Origin: Armatimonadota bacterium
GTDB lineage: Bacteria; Armatimonadota; UBA10988
Assembly (NCBI GenBank): GCA_016235455.1
Contig: JACRKZ010000140.1
Span: 1 to 51,781, forward strand
DNA: 51,781 bases
Direction: 5' to 3'
A program made the translations under genes and the position numbers. Of this stretch, positions 1-9,833 are shown in pieces. Position 1 is the stretch's first letter; every line of letters starts with the position of its first letter. The notes beneath the pieces were generated by a model, which was given only the letters and a program-made list of their open reading frames with translations, did no database searches and was not told the origin of the DNA.

Positions 1-883
1 CCGTAGCGCGGAGGAAATGGTCAGCCGCATCGGCGAGGCGCTCGACCTCGGCGACCCGCGCTGGCGCGACATCTTGGTCGCCCAACTGATCGAGAAGGGT
101 CACCGCGAGGCGGCCGAGGCGCTGGTGGGCGATCCCTCGCAACTCGGCGACGACACGCTGGTCAGTCTGGCCTCGGCCAAGCTGCGCACGGGCGCCGCGG
201 CCGACGCGTTGGCCCTGCTGGCGCGCGTGCCGGCGAACTCGCGCGCGGCGCTGACCGCCAGCTGGAACCGAGTGCTGGCGCTGGCGCTGGTCGGCCGTGT
301 CGACGAAGCGCGCCAGGCGTTCGAGCGCGATGTGGCAGAGCAGGGCGAGGCCCCCTTGGTGGCGCTGTACCGCGGGCTGACCGCGCTGTGGTGCGGCGAG
401 CCGGCAGTTTACACGGCGGTCGGAGATCAGCTTAAGGTCCGCAACCATCTGGTCGAAGTGTTGGGTACGATGCTTGCGGCCGATGCCATGGAGTTGTTGG
501 CTTCGACTCTGCCCGCACTGGACTGGTTGGGCTGGAGCCCGGTGGAACAGGCGGCCCTGCTGGGTCAGCTCTACCACCATGCGGGCCGCGCCGACCAAGC
601 GATCGAAGCCCTGGCCATCGCCATCGACGGCGGCGACCGCGAGGTGGAGACCTGGCAGATGCTGGGCCTGCTCCTCCTGCGGCAGGGCGCCGCGGCCGAC
701 GCCGAGGCACTCCTGGCCGAGGCGATCCGCCTCGAGGCGGAGGCCGGAACGCTCACCGAACAGTCGGCGGCGCGCGCGGGCTGGCTGGCGGCCCTGGCCA
801 TGCAAGGCAAACAGGATGAGGCGGAACCACGGTGGCAGCAGTTAACGGGCACAGCACAGCGTACGGCTCGTCCGCCGGAGTAG
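1..883 (+). CDS. TPR-repeat protein, probably 5'-truncated by the window edge (possibly the C-terminal part of a flagellar-locus TPR/glycosyltransferase)
   Basis: The frame is open from base 2 (RSAEEM...). Ala/Leu-rich helical TPR-like repeats (LLGQLYHHAGRADQAIEAL; WQMLGLLLLRQGAAADAEALL). The glycosyltransferase link is inferred from context only. Confidence 0.65.
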   Translation, partial: RSAEEMVSRIGEALDLGDPRWRDILVAQLIEKGHREAAEALVGDPSQLGDDTLVSLASAKLRTGAAADALALLARVPANSRAALTASWNRVLALALVGRVDEARQAFERDVAEQGEAPLVALYRGLTALWCGEPAVYTAVGDQLKVRNHLVEVLGTMLAADAMELLASTLPALDWLGWSPVEQAALLGQLYHHAGRADQAIEALAIAIDGGDREVETWQMLGLLLLRQGAAADAEALLAEAIRLEAEAGTLTEQSAARAGWLAALAMQGKQDEAEPRWQQLTGTAQRTARPPE

Positions 884-1410
884 AACGCCACGGCGGCGGG
901 TATTTGACGGTTCGCGAGACGGCCGATGTGCTGCACATGCACTTCATGTCGGTCTACAAGATGGTCCAGAGCGGCCGTCTGCCTGCGGTCAAGGTCGGCT
1001 CCCGCTGGAAGATTGACCCCGAGGCGCTACGCGCCTGGATGAGCCGCCAGAGCCAGGTGCAGCGCAACTGGGTGCTGGTCGGCTCGCGCGAATCCACCGC
1101 CCGCTCGTTGCAGGCGCTGCTGGGCACCGGGCATCGGGTGCAGGCAGTCGGCTTCGAGCATCTGCGCGAGACCATCGCCGAGGACCCCGACGCCATCCTG
1201 CTCGACTGCACCGTCGATGCCCACGCCGCGCTGGCCGCGCTGGACTACTGCCGACAGGTCGCGGCGACCTCGTATCTGGCCCTGTGCGTCGGCGAGCCGA
1301 GCGCCGAACTGCTGCGCGATGCGCTGGCCGGTGGGGTGGTGGCCCTGCTGGGCCTGCCCATCAACAGCCAGCATGTGGAGCAACTGACCGGCTGCCTGCG
1401 CAGTGCGTGA
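832..1410 (+). CDS. Excisionase-type (HTH_17/MerR-like) DNA-binding domain fused to a degenerate receiver-like domain
   Basis: YLTVRETADVLHMHFMSVYKMVQSGRLPAVKVGSRWKI is a typical HTH_17 motif. C-terminal PDAILLD... receiver-like pattern. Start uncertain. Confidence 0.75.
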   Translation: MAAVNGHSTAYGSSAGVERHGGGYLTVRETADVLHMHFMSVYKMVQSGRLPAVKVGSRWKIDPEALRAWMSRQSQVQRNWVLVGSRESTARSLQALLGTGHRVQAVGFEHLRETIAEDPDAILLDCTVDAHAALAALDYCRQVAATSYLALCVGEPSAELLRDALAGGVVALLGLPINSQHVEQLTGCLRSA

Positions 1411-1436
1411 CAGCGCGCCGGCGGCCCTTCCTGGCC

Positions 1437-1464
1437 CTACAGAACCTCGGTGTGCGGCCGACAG
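1437..1464 (+). promoter_or_regulatory. Putative sigma28 (FliA/SigD) promoter of fliD
   Basis: CTACA(1437-1441)-N15-GCCGACAG(1457-1464) versus consensus TAAA-N15-GCCGATAA, about 60 nt upstream of fliD. Confidence 0.6.
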
Positions 1465-1523
1465 GTAAGTAGGAATTGGTGCGGTGCACCCCGCGACCGC
1501 AGTGGTCGTGGTGGAGCGGGATC

Positions 1524-3344
1524 ATGGCTTCGACGAGTTCGACCAGTTCAGGTTCGGGCATCGACTGGAACAGTCTGGCCGACGCCCTCATGTCGATCGA
1601 GCACAAGCCGGTCGATCTGCTGACGGCTCAGCAGGAGAAGATCACCGGCAAGAAGGCGCTCTACGCCGAGATCAAGAACGCCCTGGACTCGGTCAAGACC
1701 GCCGCGGCCGCGGTTGCCAAGCCCAAGAGCATCAGCCTGGCCAAGGCCACGTCGTCGGCGACGGAGTACCTGACCGCCTCGGCGGAGAACTCGGCCGCCA
1801 CGGGCACCTACAAGGTGACCGTGCACCAGTTGGCCACCGCGACCCGCGTGACCTCAGGCTTCGCCACGGCTCTCGGCATCAGCGCCAAGGCCGACACGAC
1901 GCAGACACTTAACAGCACCGCGTCGCATCTCGGCTCCACCTTCACCGACGGCACCGTGACCATCAACGGCAAGCAGATCAGCATCGACGCCGACGTGGAC
2001 ACGATGGACTCGGTCATCGCCAAGATCAACGCCGACGTCGCTGGCGTCACTGCATCCTACGACAGCGCCACGGACATGTTCAAGTTCAGTTCGGCCAGCG
2101 CCATCACCGTCGGCGCCGTGGGCGACACCAGCAACTTCCTCGAGCTGACCGGCATGACCGCTTCGCCCGACAGCCTCAACGGCGTCGACCATGAGCGGGT
2201 TTCGGTGCACCGGCAGGGCCGCATCCGCACCAACGAGGCGCTGGACACGCAGGCGCTCAGCGGCACGCTCAGCGGCACCGGCACGTTCAGCATCAACGGC
2301 GTGAGCATCGACTACGACACCAGCACCGACAGCCTGAACTCGATCATCTCGCGGATCAACACCAAGGTCTCGACCGTGGTGGCCAGCTACGACAGCCAGA
2401 CCGACAAGCTTGTGCTGGCCAGTCGTCAGAACGGCAGCCTGGACGTCGCCCGCTCCGATACCAGCGGCACGTTCCTGCAGGCGGTCGGTCTGCTGGGCAA
2501 CAGCGGAGACAGCCGCGCGGTCTCCACGCTGGGTCAGAACTCCAAGGTGACCGTCGACGGCTTCAACAACGGCAACCCCATCTACAGCACATCGAACACC
2601 GTGGCCAACGCCATTCCAGGTGTGTCGCTGACCCTGCTGCAGGCGGACCAGGCCAAGACCGTGAACGTCACCGTGACGCGCGACACCTCCGACCTGAAGA
2701 GCAAGGTGAACGACCTGGTCAGCAAGTACAACGCCGCCATGTCGCTGATCAGCTCGCGGCTCACCGAGGATCCCATCGCCAACGCCACCAGCACCACCGC
2801 CCAGCGCGTGGGCCTGCTCAAGGGCGATACGATGCTGGCGACCATGAAGACGTCGCTGACGCGCATCATCACCGAGTCGCTCACCGGCCTGCCCAGCGCT
2901 GCCAATCGGTTGGGCGCCCTGGGCATCACCACGTCGAAGACCGACTACAAGACCGGCCAGATCTCCTTCGACCAGACCAAGTTCGACGACGCTTTCGCCA
3001 GCAACTACGAGCAGGCTTACGACGTGCTGTTCAGTGACACCGACAACGACGGCACCGTGGACGCGGGTGAGGGCGGCGCCATCCCCAAGATGCTCGACAA
3101 GCTGACGCAGCTGGTCGACACGACGCTGGGTACGTCGACCAGCGGCGCCAGCCTGCCCAAGGGCGACATCCCGCGGCGCAACGCCACGCTGGACAGCGAG
3201 TACAACACCCTCAAGAAGCGCATCGCCGATATGGAGGCGCGCCTCGAACTGCGCGACGCCGCGATGAGGGCCCGATTCCAGGCGGCGGAGAGCCAGATCA
3301 ACGCCTATCGTAACCAGGCGAGCAGTCTGTACAGCTACGGCTAG
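1524..3344 (+). CDS. fliD: Flagellar filament cap protein (hook-associated protein 2)
   Basis: N-terminal SGIDWNSLADALMSIE, GTYKVTVHQLATA, SNTVANAIPGVSLTL, and C-terminal RLELRDAAMRARFQAAESQI. GGAG RBS precedes ATG 1524. Confidence 0.93.
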   Translation: MASTSSTSSGSGIDWNSLADALMSIEHKPVDLLTAQQEKITGKKALYAEIKNALDSVKTAAAAVAKPKSISLAKATSSATEYLTASAENSAATGTYKVTVHQLATATRVTSGFATALGISAKADTTQTLNSTASHLGSTFTDGTVTINGKQISIDADVDTMDSVIAKINADVAGVTASYDSATDMFKFSSASAITVGAVGDTSNFLELTGMTASPDSLNGVDHERVSVHRQGRIRTNEALDTQALSGTLSGTGTFSINGVSIDYDTSTDSLNSIISRINTKVSTVVASYDSQTDKLVLASRQNGSLDVARSDTSGTFLQAVGLLGNSGDSRAVSTLGQNSKVTVDGFNNGNPIYSTSNTVANAIPGVSLTLLQADQAKTVNVTVTRDTSDLKSKVNDLVSKYNAAMSLISSRLTEDPIANATSTTAQRVGLLKGDTMLATMKTSLTRIITESLTGLPSAANRLGALGITTSKTDYKTGQISFDQTKFDDAFASNYEQAYDVLFSDTDNDGTVDAGEGGAIPKMLDKLTQLVDTTLGTSTSGASLPKGDIPRRNATLDSEYNTLKKRIADMEARLELRDAAMRARFQAAESQINAYRNQASSLYSYG

Positions 3345-3367
3345 GCCAAGGACATTGCGCGCTGGTG

Positions 3368-3396
3368 TTGACGTCGTGGCCCGGTGGCGGAATGCT
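3368..3396 (+). promoter_or_regulatory. Putative housekeeping-sigma promoter of sucD
   Basis: TTGACG-N17-AATGCT; an alternative -10 TAGGAT lies at 3403-3408. Confidence 0.35.
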
Positions 3397-3416
3397 AGCC
3401 CATAGGATTCGAACCC

Positions 3417-4280
3417 ATGGGTATTCTCGCCAACCGTGACACGCGCGTTCTGGTGCAAGGGCTGACCGGCCGCGAAGGCACTTTCCACAGCGAGGCCATG
3501 CTGGCCTACGGCACTCAGGTTGTCGGTGGCGTCACGCCGGGCAAGGGTGGCACCACGCATCTCGGCGTGCCGGTCTTCGACACCGTGAGCGAGGCCGCGG
3601 CCCAGACCGGCGCGGTGGCGAGTTGCATCTTCGTGCCCGCGCCATTCGCCGCGCAGGCCGTCTGCGAGGCCGCCGACGCCGGGCTGCAACTGGTGGTGTG
3701 CATCACCGAGGGCATTCCCGTGGGCGACATGGTGCGTGCCGTGGCCTATGCCCAGGCGCGGGGCACCCGGCTCATCGGGCCCAACTGCCCGGGCCTGCTC
3801 ACCGCCGGCGAGGCCAAGATCGGCATCATCCCCGGCCACATTGCCAAGCCCGGCCGTGTCGGCGTCGTCTCACGCAGCGGCACGCTGACCTACGAGATCG
3901 TGGACGCGCTGACCAAGGCCGGGCTCGGCCTGACCACCTGTGCCGGCATCGGCGGCGACCCTGTCCTGGGCACGCGCTTTGCTGACGTGCTACCGCTGTT
4001 CGAGGCCGATCCTGCCACCGAGGCGGTGGTCATGATCGGTGAGATCGGCGGCAGCGACGAAGAGGACGCGGCTGCGGTCATCGCTACCATGACCACCCCG
4101 GTGGTCGCCTTCATCTCCGGCCGCAGCGCGCCCGAGGGCAAGCGCATGGGCCACGCCGGCGCCATCGTCTCCGGCGGCAAGGGCACCGCGCAAAGCAAGG
4201 TTGACGCGCTCGGCGCGGTCGGCGTGCCGGTGCCCGAGACCGCGCCCGAGGTCATCGCCCTGCTGCGCGAACGACTGTAG
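3417..4280 (+). CDS. sucD: Succinyl-CoA synthetase alpha subunit
   Basis: [37 protein letters not shown] and the phospho-His motif RMGHAGA. Confidence 0.97.
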   Translation: MGILANRDTRVLVQGLTGREGTFHSEAMLAYGTQVVGGVTPGKGGTTHLGVPVFDTVSEAAAQTGAVASCIFVPAPFAAQAVCEAADAGLQLVVCITEGIPVGDMVRAVAYAQARGTRLIGPNCPGLLTAGEAKIGIIPGHIAKPGRVGVVSRSGTLTYEIVDALTKAGLGLTTCAGIGGDPVLGTRFADVLPLFEADPATEAVVMIGEIGGSDEEDAAAVIATMTTPVVAFISGRSAPEGKRMGHAGAIVSGGKGTAQSKVDALGAVGVPVPETAPEVIALLRERL

Positions 4281-4317
4281 GGCGGCGCGCGCTGGTGAGG
4301 CCCGCCCCGTGCCCGCA

Positions 4318-4346
4318 TTGCCAACGGGGCCGCGCAATGCTATCCT
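4318..4346 (+). promoter_or_regulatory. Putative sigma70-type promoter
   Basis: TTGCCA-N17-TATCCT with extended TG. Confidence 0.55.
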
Positions 4347-4364
4347 GCGGACGGACGACTCCCC

Positions 4365-7136
4365 GTGGCATTCCTTGCGTGGCTTCGACGTGGCTGGCCG
4401 CTGTGGCTGCTGGCCGCGCTGGTACTCCTCCTTCGTGCAGCCTACTGGTACACCGAGGCGGCTTGGTTTGCGTCGCTGGGCTACTCCGAGGTGTTCTGGA
4501 CACGGTTTGCGGCCAGCGCGCTGCTGTGGTGCCTGGGCGTGGCCGCCTCGGCGCTGGTGTTGGGCGGCAACCTGGCGCTCTGCCGGCGTGCGCCGCGGCC
4601 GCGCTGGGCACTGGCCGACAGTGACGGGCTGACCATTGGCGTGTTCTTGTGGGGCGCGCTGCCGTGGCTGGTCGGTCTGGCCGCCGTGGGCGTGGGCTGG
4701 TGGTGCCAGGGCCTGTGGCGCGAGGCGCTCAGCGCCTGCTACGCCGTGGCCGATGGCCATGTCGACCCCGTATTTGGCCGCGATGTGTCGTTCTACATGC
4801 TGCAGTTGCCGCTCTGGGCTGAGTTCCAGAAGCGGCTGATGCTGCTCTCGCTGGTGGCGTGGGTCGGGCTGTACCTGCGTTACGTGGAACTACCGCGCAG
4901 CGGCGAGGACGACCAGCGCATCAGCCTCGAGAGCATTCCATCGTTCGGACGCGCCCATCTGTCGGCGTTGGGTGCGGTGGTGCTGCTGCTGTGGGCCTGG
5001 GGCTTTCATCTCACGCGCTACCGGCTGCTGACCTCGGCGCGCAGCGCAGTGGTCGCCGGCATCGGCTACACCGACGCTCATGTGCGCCTGCCGATGCTTA
5101 CCGCCCTGGTCGTGCTGGCGGTGGTCTGTGCCGGCGTGCTGCTGGCCAACTGCCGCACGCGGTCCGTGCGCCGCCTGTTCGGCACGGTGTTCGTGTTCTT
5201 CGCGCTCGTGGCCGCCGGCGTCACCGTGCCGGTTGCGGTGCAGCGCCTGATCGTGGCACCCAACGAGGTGACGCTCGAGAAGCCGTATCTGGCCCGCTGT
5301 ATCGAGGCCACTCGGCATGCATTGGGCCTCGACGCGTTGACCGTGCTCGACGCGCCGACCCCCAGCCGCAGCGCCAGCCTGCCGCCTGGCGCGCTGCGGG
5401 CGGTGGCCGACCTGCCGCTCTGGTCGCCGCACGAGCTCAGCGAGCAACTCGTGGGCACCGAGGCGCTGCGCACGTACTACTCGTTCAACCTGACCGACAT
5501 CGACCGCTACCAGCTCGACGGCCGTACCCAGCCGGTGGGCATCATGGTGCGCGAGATGCAGACCGACCGGCTCGACCCGACCTTCAGCACCTGGGTCAAT
5601 CGCACGCTGGTCTACACGCACGGCTACGGCGCGGTGATGGCCTATGCCAGCGGACGCGACGGCGTGGCGCCGTCCAAGCTGCTCAGCGGCTTGCCGCCCA
5701 CCGGTCGGCCGGATCTGGTGCCCACTCGGCCCGAGGTCTACTACGGCGAGACGCCGGCCGGTCCGGCCATCACCGGGCTGCGCGGCGAGAGCACCAAGGA
5801 GTTCGACTATCCCGCGGGCGACCGCAACGTCTTCTCGACCTACGCCGGGCATGGCGGCGTGCGCCTGGGCGGCTGGTTCAGCCGGCTGGCCTGGGCCATG
5901 CGCTGCCGTAGCGTCAACCTCATGCTGTCGGGGGCCGTGGGGCCAGACTCGCGCCTGCACTGGCGGCGGCCTGTGGCCGAGCGGCTGGAGGCGCTGGCGC
6001 CGTTCCTAGATTTCGATAGCGACCCGTTCCCCGTGGTCGCCGAGGGCCGTCTGCGCTGGATGGCCGACGGTTACACGGTCAGCGGTCGGTATCCCTACAG
6101 CTGGGCCTTCCCGCTGTTCTATGCTCGGGCGCTCAACGCTGAGCAGCCCGAGCAGTTCAGTCGGCTCACCTGCAACTACGCGCGCAACAGCATCAAAGCC
6201 GTGGTCGACGCCTACGATGGCTCGGTGAAGCTGCACTGGATCGACCCGGCCTGCCCCTTGGCGCGCACCTGGGCCCGCATCTTCCCCCGGCTGTTCGACC
6301 GGCAGCCGCTGCCGGACTCGCTGCGCTCGCACCTACGCTACCCCGGCGACCTGTTTGCGCTCCAGGCACGCGCCGCGGCGCGCTTCCACATGACCGACCC
6401 GCAAGTGTTCTACAACGCCGAGGACTTGTGGGACGTGGCCCATGAAGAGGCCACCGTCCGCGAGGCCGATGAGCGCGGCGAGTTTGTCTTCGCCAACCGC
6501 CACGAGCGGATGCTGCCGTACTACCTGTCGCTGGCCTTGCCCGGCGAGTCCGAGCAGGCTTTCCGGCTGATGCTGCCGTTCACCCCGGCCAGCAGCCGCG
6601 AGGCGCAGACCAGTCGCGACAATCTGACCGCCTACCTGACCGCCGACTGCGATCCCGAGCACTACGGCCGGCTCACGCTGGTGCGCTACCCCAAGGGGGC
6701 CCTGGTCTACGGGCCGTTGCAGGTGGAGGCGCGCATCAACCAGGAGCCACTGATCTCCGAGCAGTTGACGCTGTGGGGCCAGCAGGGCAGCCAGGTGTTG
6801 CGCGGCCGGCTGATCGTGGTGCCCCTGGGCGACACACTGCTCTACGTGGAACCGCTGTTCCTGACGGCCGAGCGCCGTGGTGCGTTGCCGGAGCTGCAGC
6901 GCGTGATCGTGGTCTACCGCGACCGCGTGGCCATGGCCCCCACCGTCAGCGAGGCGCTGCTGCAGGCGACGGGCCAGAGCCCATCACCGACCGCGGACAG
7001 CGGCACACGGCAGCGGCTGCACGAGGCGGACCAGGCCCTGACGGCAGCGGACTCCGCGCGTCGGGCCGGCGACCGGGTGGGCTACGGCCAAGCCATGGAA
7101 CGCGTCCGCAAGGCCCTGCGCGGCGCGGCTCCTTAG
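4365..7136 (+). CDS. UPF0182 family membrane protein
   Basis: WFASLGYSEVFWTR, DPVFGRDVSFY, GYTDAHV, YTHGYG, NYARNSIKAVVDAYDG, YVEPLF and LPELQRVIV; multiple TM segments. Confidence 0.93.
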   Translation: MAFLAWLRRGWPLWLLAALVLLLRAAYWYTEAAWFASLGYSEVFWTRFAASALLWCLGVAASALVLGGNLALCRRAPRPRWALADSDGLTIGVFLWGALPWLVGLAAVGVGWWCQGLWREALSACYAVADGHVDPVFGRDVSFYMLQLPLWAEFQKRLMLLSLVAWVGLYLRYVELPRSGEDDQRISLESIPSFGRAHLSALGAVVLLLWAWGFHLTRYRLLTSARSAVVAGIGYTDAHVRLPMLTALVVLAVVCAGVLLANCRTRSVRRLFGTVFVFFALVAAGVTVPVAVQRLIVAPNEVTLEKPYLARCIEATRHALGLDALTVLDAPTPSRSASLPPGALRAVADLPLWSPHELSEQLVGTEALRTYYSFNLTDIDRYQLDGRTQPVGIMVREMQTDRLDPTFSTWVNRTLVYTHGYGAVMAYASGRDGVAPSKLLSGLPPTGRPDLVPTRPEVYYGETPAGPAITGLRGESTKEFDYPAGDRNVFSTYAGHGGVRLGGWFSRLAWAMRCRSVNLMLSGAVGPDSRLHWRRPVAERLEALAPFLDFDSDPFPVVAEGRLRWMADGYTVSGRYPYSWAFPLFYARALNAEQPEQFSRLTCNYARNSIKAVVDAYDGSVKLHWIDPACPLARTWARIFPRLFDRQPLPDSLRSHLRYPGDLFALQARAAARFHMTDPQVFYNAEDLWDVAHEEATVREADERGEFVFANRHERMLPYYLSLALPGESEQAFRLMLPFTPASSREAQTSRDNLTAYLTADCDPEHYGRLTLVRYPKGALVYGPLQVEARINQEPLISEQLTLWGQQGSQVLRGRLIVVPLGDTLLYVEPLFLTAERRGALPELQRVIVVYRDRVAMAPTVSEALLQATGQSPSPTADSGTRQRLHEADQALTAADSARRAGDRVGYGQAMERVRKALRGAAP

Positions 7137-7173
7137 GTCGACCGAGTTGGCGACTCGCGACGCCGGCCGGAGG

Positions 7174-8130
7174 TCAGGAGGCCCGCGCGATCCGTCGCCA
7201 TTCGTCGAGTACCTCGGCGAGGCAGTCCTCAGCCCGTCGTTCGGCCTGCCAGCCGCACGCCGCGCGCAGCTTGGCCGCCGAGCCGACAATGACCGACTGG
7301 GGACCGGGCCGTAGCCGGGCCGGATCGACCTCGACCTCCACCGGCACCTTGGCCAGCGCGACCAACTGATCGACCAGGCTCTGCACGGCGATGGTGCGTT
7401 CGCTGCACAGGTGATAGGCCTCGCCCGGCGTGCCCTGTTCGGCCAGCAGGCGGTACCCGCGGACGATGTCGCGCACGTCGGAGAAGTCGCGGCCGGAACT
7501 CAGGTCGCCCACGCGCAGTACCGGGTCTTGCTGGCCCAGTTCCATGGCGGCGATCTGGCTGGCGAAGTCAGGCACCACAAAGCCCTCGCTCTGGCGCGGG
7601 CCGATGTGGTTGAACGGCCGTGCCTCGATGACCTCGATCCCGTGGGCGGAGTGTAACTGGCGACCGAGGTAGTGGGCGCAGACCTTGCTCACCGCATAGG
7701 CGTTGGGCGGTGCGAACGGCGTGTCCTCGGTCAACGGCTCTGGCGAACTGGGCACGCCGTACATGTCGGACGACGTCACCAGCAGCACTCGCGGCGGCAC
7801 GGCGCACCGCTGGCAGGCACCCATCACCGAGGCCGTGATGGCCACGTTCTCGCTGAGCGTGCGCACCGGCTCGTGGTAGGCCTGCCGCGCCGAGGCCAGC
7901 GCCGCCAGGTGGTAGACGACCTCGGGCTGCACATCGGCGATGAGTTGCCGCACGGCGCGGGCTTCAACCAGGTCGCCGCGCAGAATCTCGATCTTGCCAT
8001 GCAGCGCCGACAGGTGCTCGGGCCAGCGGTCCGACCGCGTAATGCCCGTCACCTCGTCGCCGCAAGCCACCAACCAGTCGGCCAGATGACTGCCCGCGAA
8101 TCCGCCGATCCCGGTAATCAGTGCGCGCAT
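7174..8130 (-). CDS. NAD-dependent epimerase/dehydratase, GDP-mannose dehydratase / GDP-4-keto-6-deoxymannose reductase (Rmd-like)
   Basis: ITGIGGFAGSHL, YAVSK (YxxxK), RPFNHIGPRQ, RDFSDVRD. The ATG overlaps the upstream TGA (TGATG). Confidence 0.88.
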   Translation of the reverse strand: MRALITGIGGFAGSHLADWLVACGDEVTGITRSDRWPEHLSALHGKIEILRGDLVEARAVRQLIADVQPEVVYHLAALASARQAYHEPVRTLSENVAITASVMGACQRCAVPPRVLLVTSSDMYGVPSSPEPLTEDTPFAPPNAYAVSKVCAHYLGRQLHSAHGIEVIEARPFNHIGPRQSEGFVVPDFASQIAAMELGQQDPVLRVGDLSSGRDFSDVRDIVRGYRLLAEQGTPGEAYHLCSERTIAVQSLVDQLVALAKVPVEVEVDPARLRPGPQSVIVGSAAKLRAACGWQAERRAEDCLAEVLDEWRRIARAS

Positions 8131-9833
8131 CAGCCTCTTGCTCGCTCCACCCCTTGCATCAATGCTGCCCAGCACTCGCGCAACTGGGGCAAGCAGCTCT
8201 CGTCGACGCTCTCGGGAGTATACTCGGCCGCCTCATACAACCACGTTAGGTCCTCAATGTGACCTCGCCAGTTACTCGTGGAAGGTGGCAGCTCGGCGAG
8301 GAACTCGCGGGCCGTGACATCGGGCCGCCGCGCATGGCCGGCCAGCTCACAATAGGCTCCGAAGGCCCGGTAGACGTGTCGCACGACCTCCGCCGGCGGC
8401 TGGCCGCGCAACGGCGAGCGTGGGCCGAACGGGTCGACAAACGGGTCGCGCGTCGGCACGTAAGGCGCCGGCTCGCGAGGAGTCCGCGCTGGCCAACGCA
8501 GTCGGCGCCACCAGCCGGCCTTGGCCAGGCGCCACAGCCCGTAGCCCACCGCGGCCAGGACCAGCAGCACGCCGAGCAGCTTGCCCAGCACACCGGCCAG
8601 GCCGCCGCCGGCGTTGTGGGGCAGGCCGCCCGACTGGCCGCCCGACTTGGTGCCGGCTTGCTTGCGGCCCTGCGACGAACGGCCTTGCTGGGATCCCTGG
8701 CCGCCCTGGCCGCCACGGCCCTGGCCCGAGCTGCCGCCCTCGCCGCCGGCGCCTTGGCCGGAGCCGCTCGCCTTGCCGCCCTGGCCCTGCTGCCCGTCGG
8801 CCTGCTGGCCTTGCGGCGACTGGCTGCGCGGACCGTTGTTGCCGGTCGAGCGTTGGTCGGCGCGCTGGCTTTGCGTCGCACCAGGCCGGCGCGAGTCGCG
8901 CATGCCCTCCACCGGCGCGTGCGACAGCTCGGTCTGGCCCAGGCCGCCGACCACCACGCGCGGCGCCCAGGAGTTGGGCTGTGGCGCCAGCCGCGGCGAC
9001 ACCAGTGCCGCCGCCACGATGCCCGCCACCAGCGGCCCGGCCAGCGCCAGCCACACGGCCGGCACGCTGGCCGGCAGGCGGGTGCCGCGCGACCGGGCGT
9101 AGAGCTGCAGGCCGCTCAGCGCCGTCAGTGACAAGACGGCTAACGCGGTCAGCGAGTAGACCACCATGCACCAGAAGGCATGGCCCGCGAACTGCGGGTT
9201 GCCCGCCAGCTCGCGGTGGCCCAGTCCAAAGATGGCCACCGCCACGGCCGACAGGACGATCACCGCGCGACCCGGATGGGGTCGGCACCGCACGGCCTCG
9301 GCGCGGGCGCCCTGCGCCTCCCAGGCGTCGCTGGTGAGTGCTTCGCGTTCGTCCACGGCCACGTCGTCGGGCGACAGCGTGGTGCTGGCCACGATGTAGT
9401 TGGCCGACCACCAGACGAAGGCGATGGTGGCATACAGCAGCATCACCGAGCGCACCGGGTTCTCGCCGCCGTAGCCGCCGCCCAACGCGCCGCCGCCGAA
9501 GCTGTACATCCAGCCGAACAGGCCCATGGCCCCGGTCAAGCCCAGGGCGAACGGCGTGGCTGACCAGGAGCCGTCGCGCGCCTTGATGCGGGCGATGCCG
9601 ACCACCGCGAGCGTGAAGCAGAAGAACACCCAGCGCAGCAACCGCGTCGGGCCGTTGGCCAGCGCGGAGTGGACATCGACGATGAAGAACAGCAGGCTGC
9701 CCACCATGACGAACAGCAGCAACGGCAGCACCACGTCGGTCTGCAGGTCGAAATCCAACGGCGCGTCGGACGCCGCCGCGTCGGACGCGGGCGGGCCAAG
9801 GCTGAGGGCTGGTCGGTCGACTGGGCTGCTCAT
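8130..9833 (-). CDS. Multi-pass membrane protein with Gly/Gln-rich linker and C-terminal DUF4129-like domain
   Basis: About 8 hydrophobic segments, QGQGGKASGSGQG low-complexity linker, C-terminal RRPDVTAREF...LTWLYEAAEY. Confidence 0.75.
   Translation of the reverse strand: MSSPVDRPALSLGPPASDAAASDAPLDFDLQTDVVLPLLLFVMVGSLLFFIVDVHSALANGPTRLLRWVFFCFTLAVVGIARIKARDGSWSATPFALGLTGAMGLFGWMYSFGGGALGGGYGGENPVRSVMLLYATIAFVWWSANYIVASTTLSPDDVAVDEREALTSDAWEAQGARAEAVRCRPHPGRAVIVLSAVAVAIFGLGHRELAGNPQFAGHAFWCMVVYSLTALAVLSLTALSGLQLYARSRGTRLPASVPAVWLALAGPLVAGIVAAALVSPRLAPQPNSWAPRVVVGGLGQTELSHAPVEGMRDSRRPGATQSQRADQRSTGNNGPRSQSPQGQQADGQQGQGGKASGSGQGAGGEGGSSGQGRGGQGGQGSQQGRSSQGRKQAGTKSGGQSGGLPHNAGGGLAGVLGKLLGVLLVLAAVGYGLWRLAKAGWWRRLRWPARTPREPAPYVPTRDPFVDPFGPRSPLRGQPPAEVVRHVYRAFGAYCELAGHARRPDVTAREFLAELPPSTSNWRGHIEDLTWLYEAAEYTPESVDESCLPQLRECWAALMQGVERARG

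Noticed and set aside
832-1410. Prophage/ICE excisionase
   Set aside because: No integrase, att site or phage genes; the HTH is fused to a receiver-like domain, typical of chromosomal regulators.
3378-3421. tRNA-like fragments (GGCCCGGTGGCGGAAT; reverse-strand GGGTTCGAATCC T-loop)
   Set aside because: The two pieces are on opposite strands, no cloverleaf, anticodon arm or correctly placed CCA can be built, and the region overlaps the sucD start.
1854-3839. 661-aa antisense ORF over fliD/sucD (and similar long ORFs at 25137-26792, 29948-32125, 37936-39540, 42645-44687, 46785-49136)
   Set aside because: Shadow ORFs expected from high-GC3 codon bias; they lie opposite well-supported genes and show no recognisable motifs.
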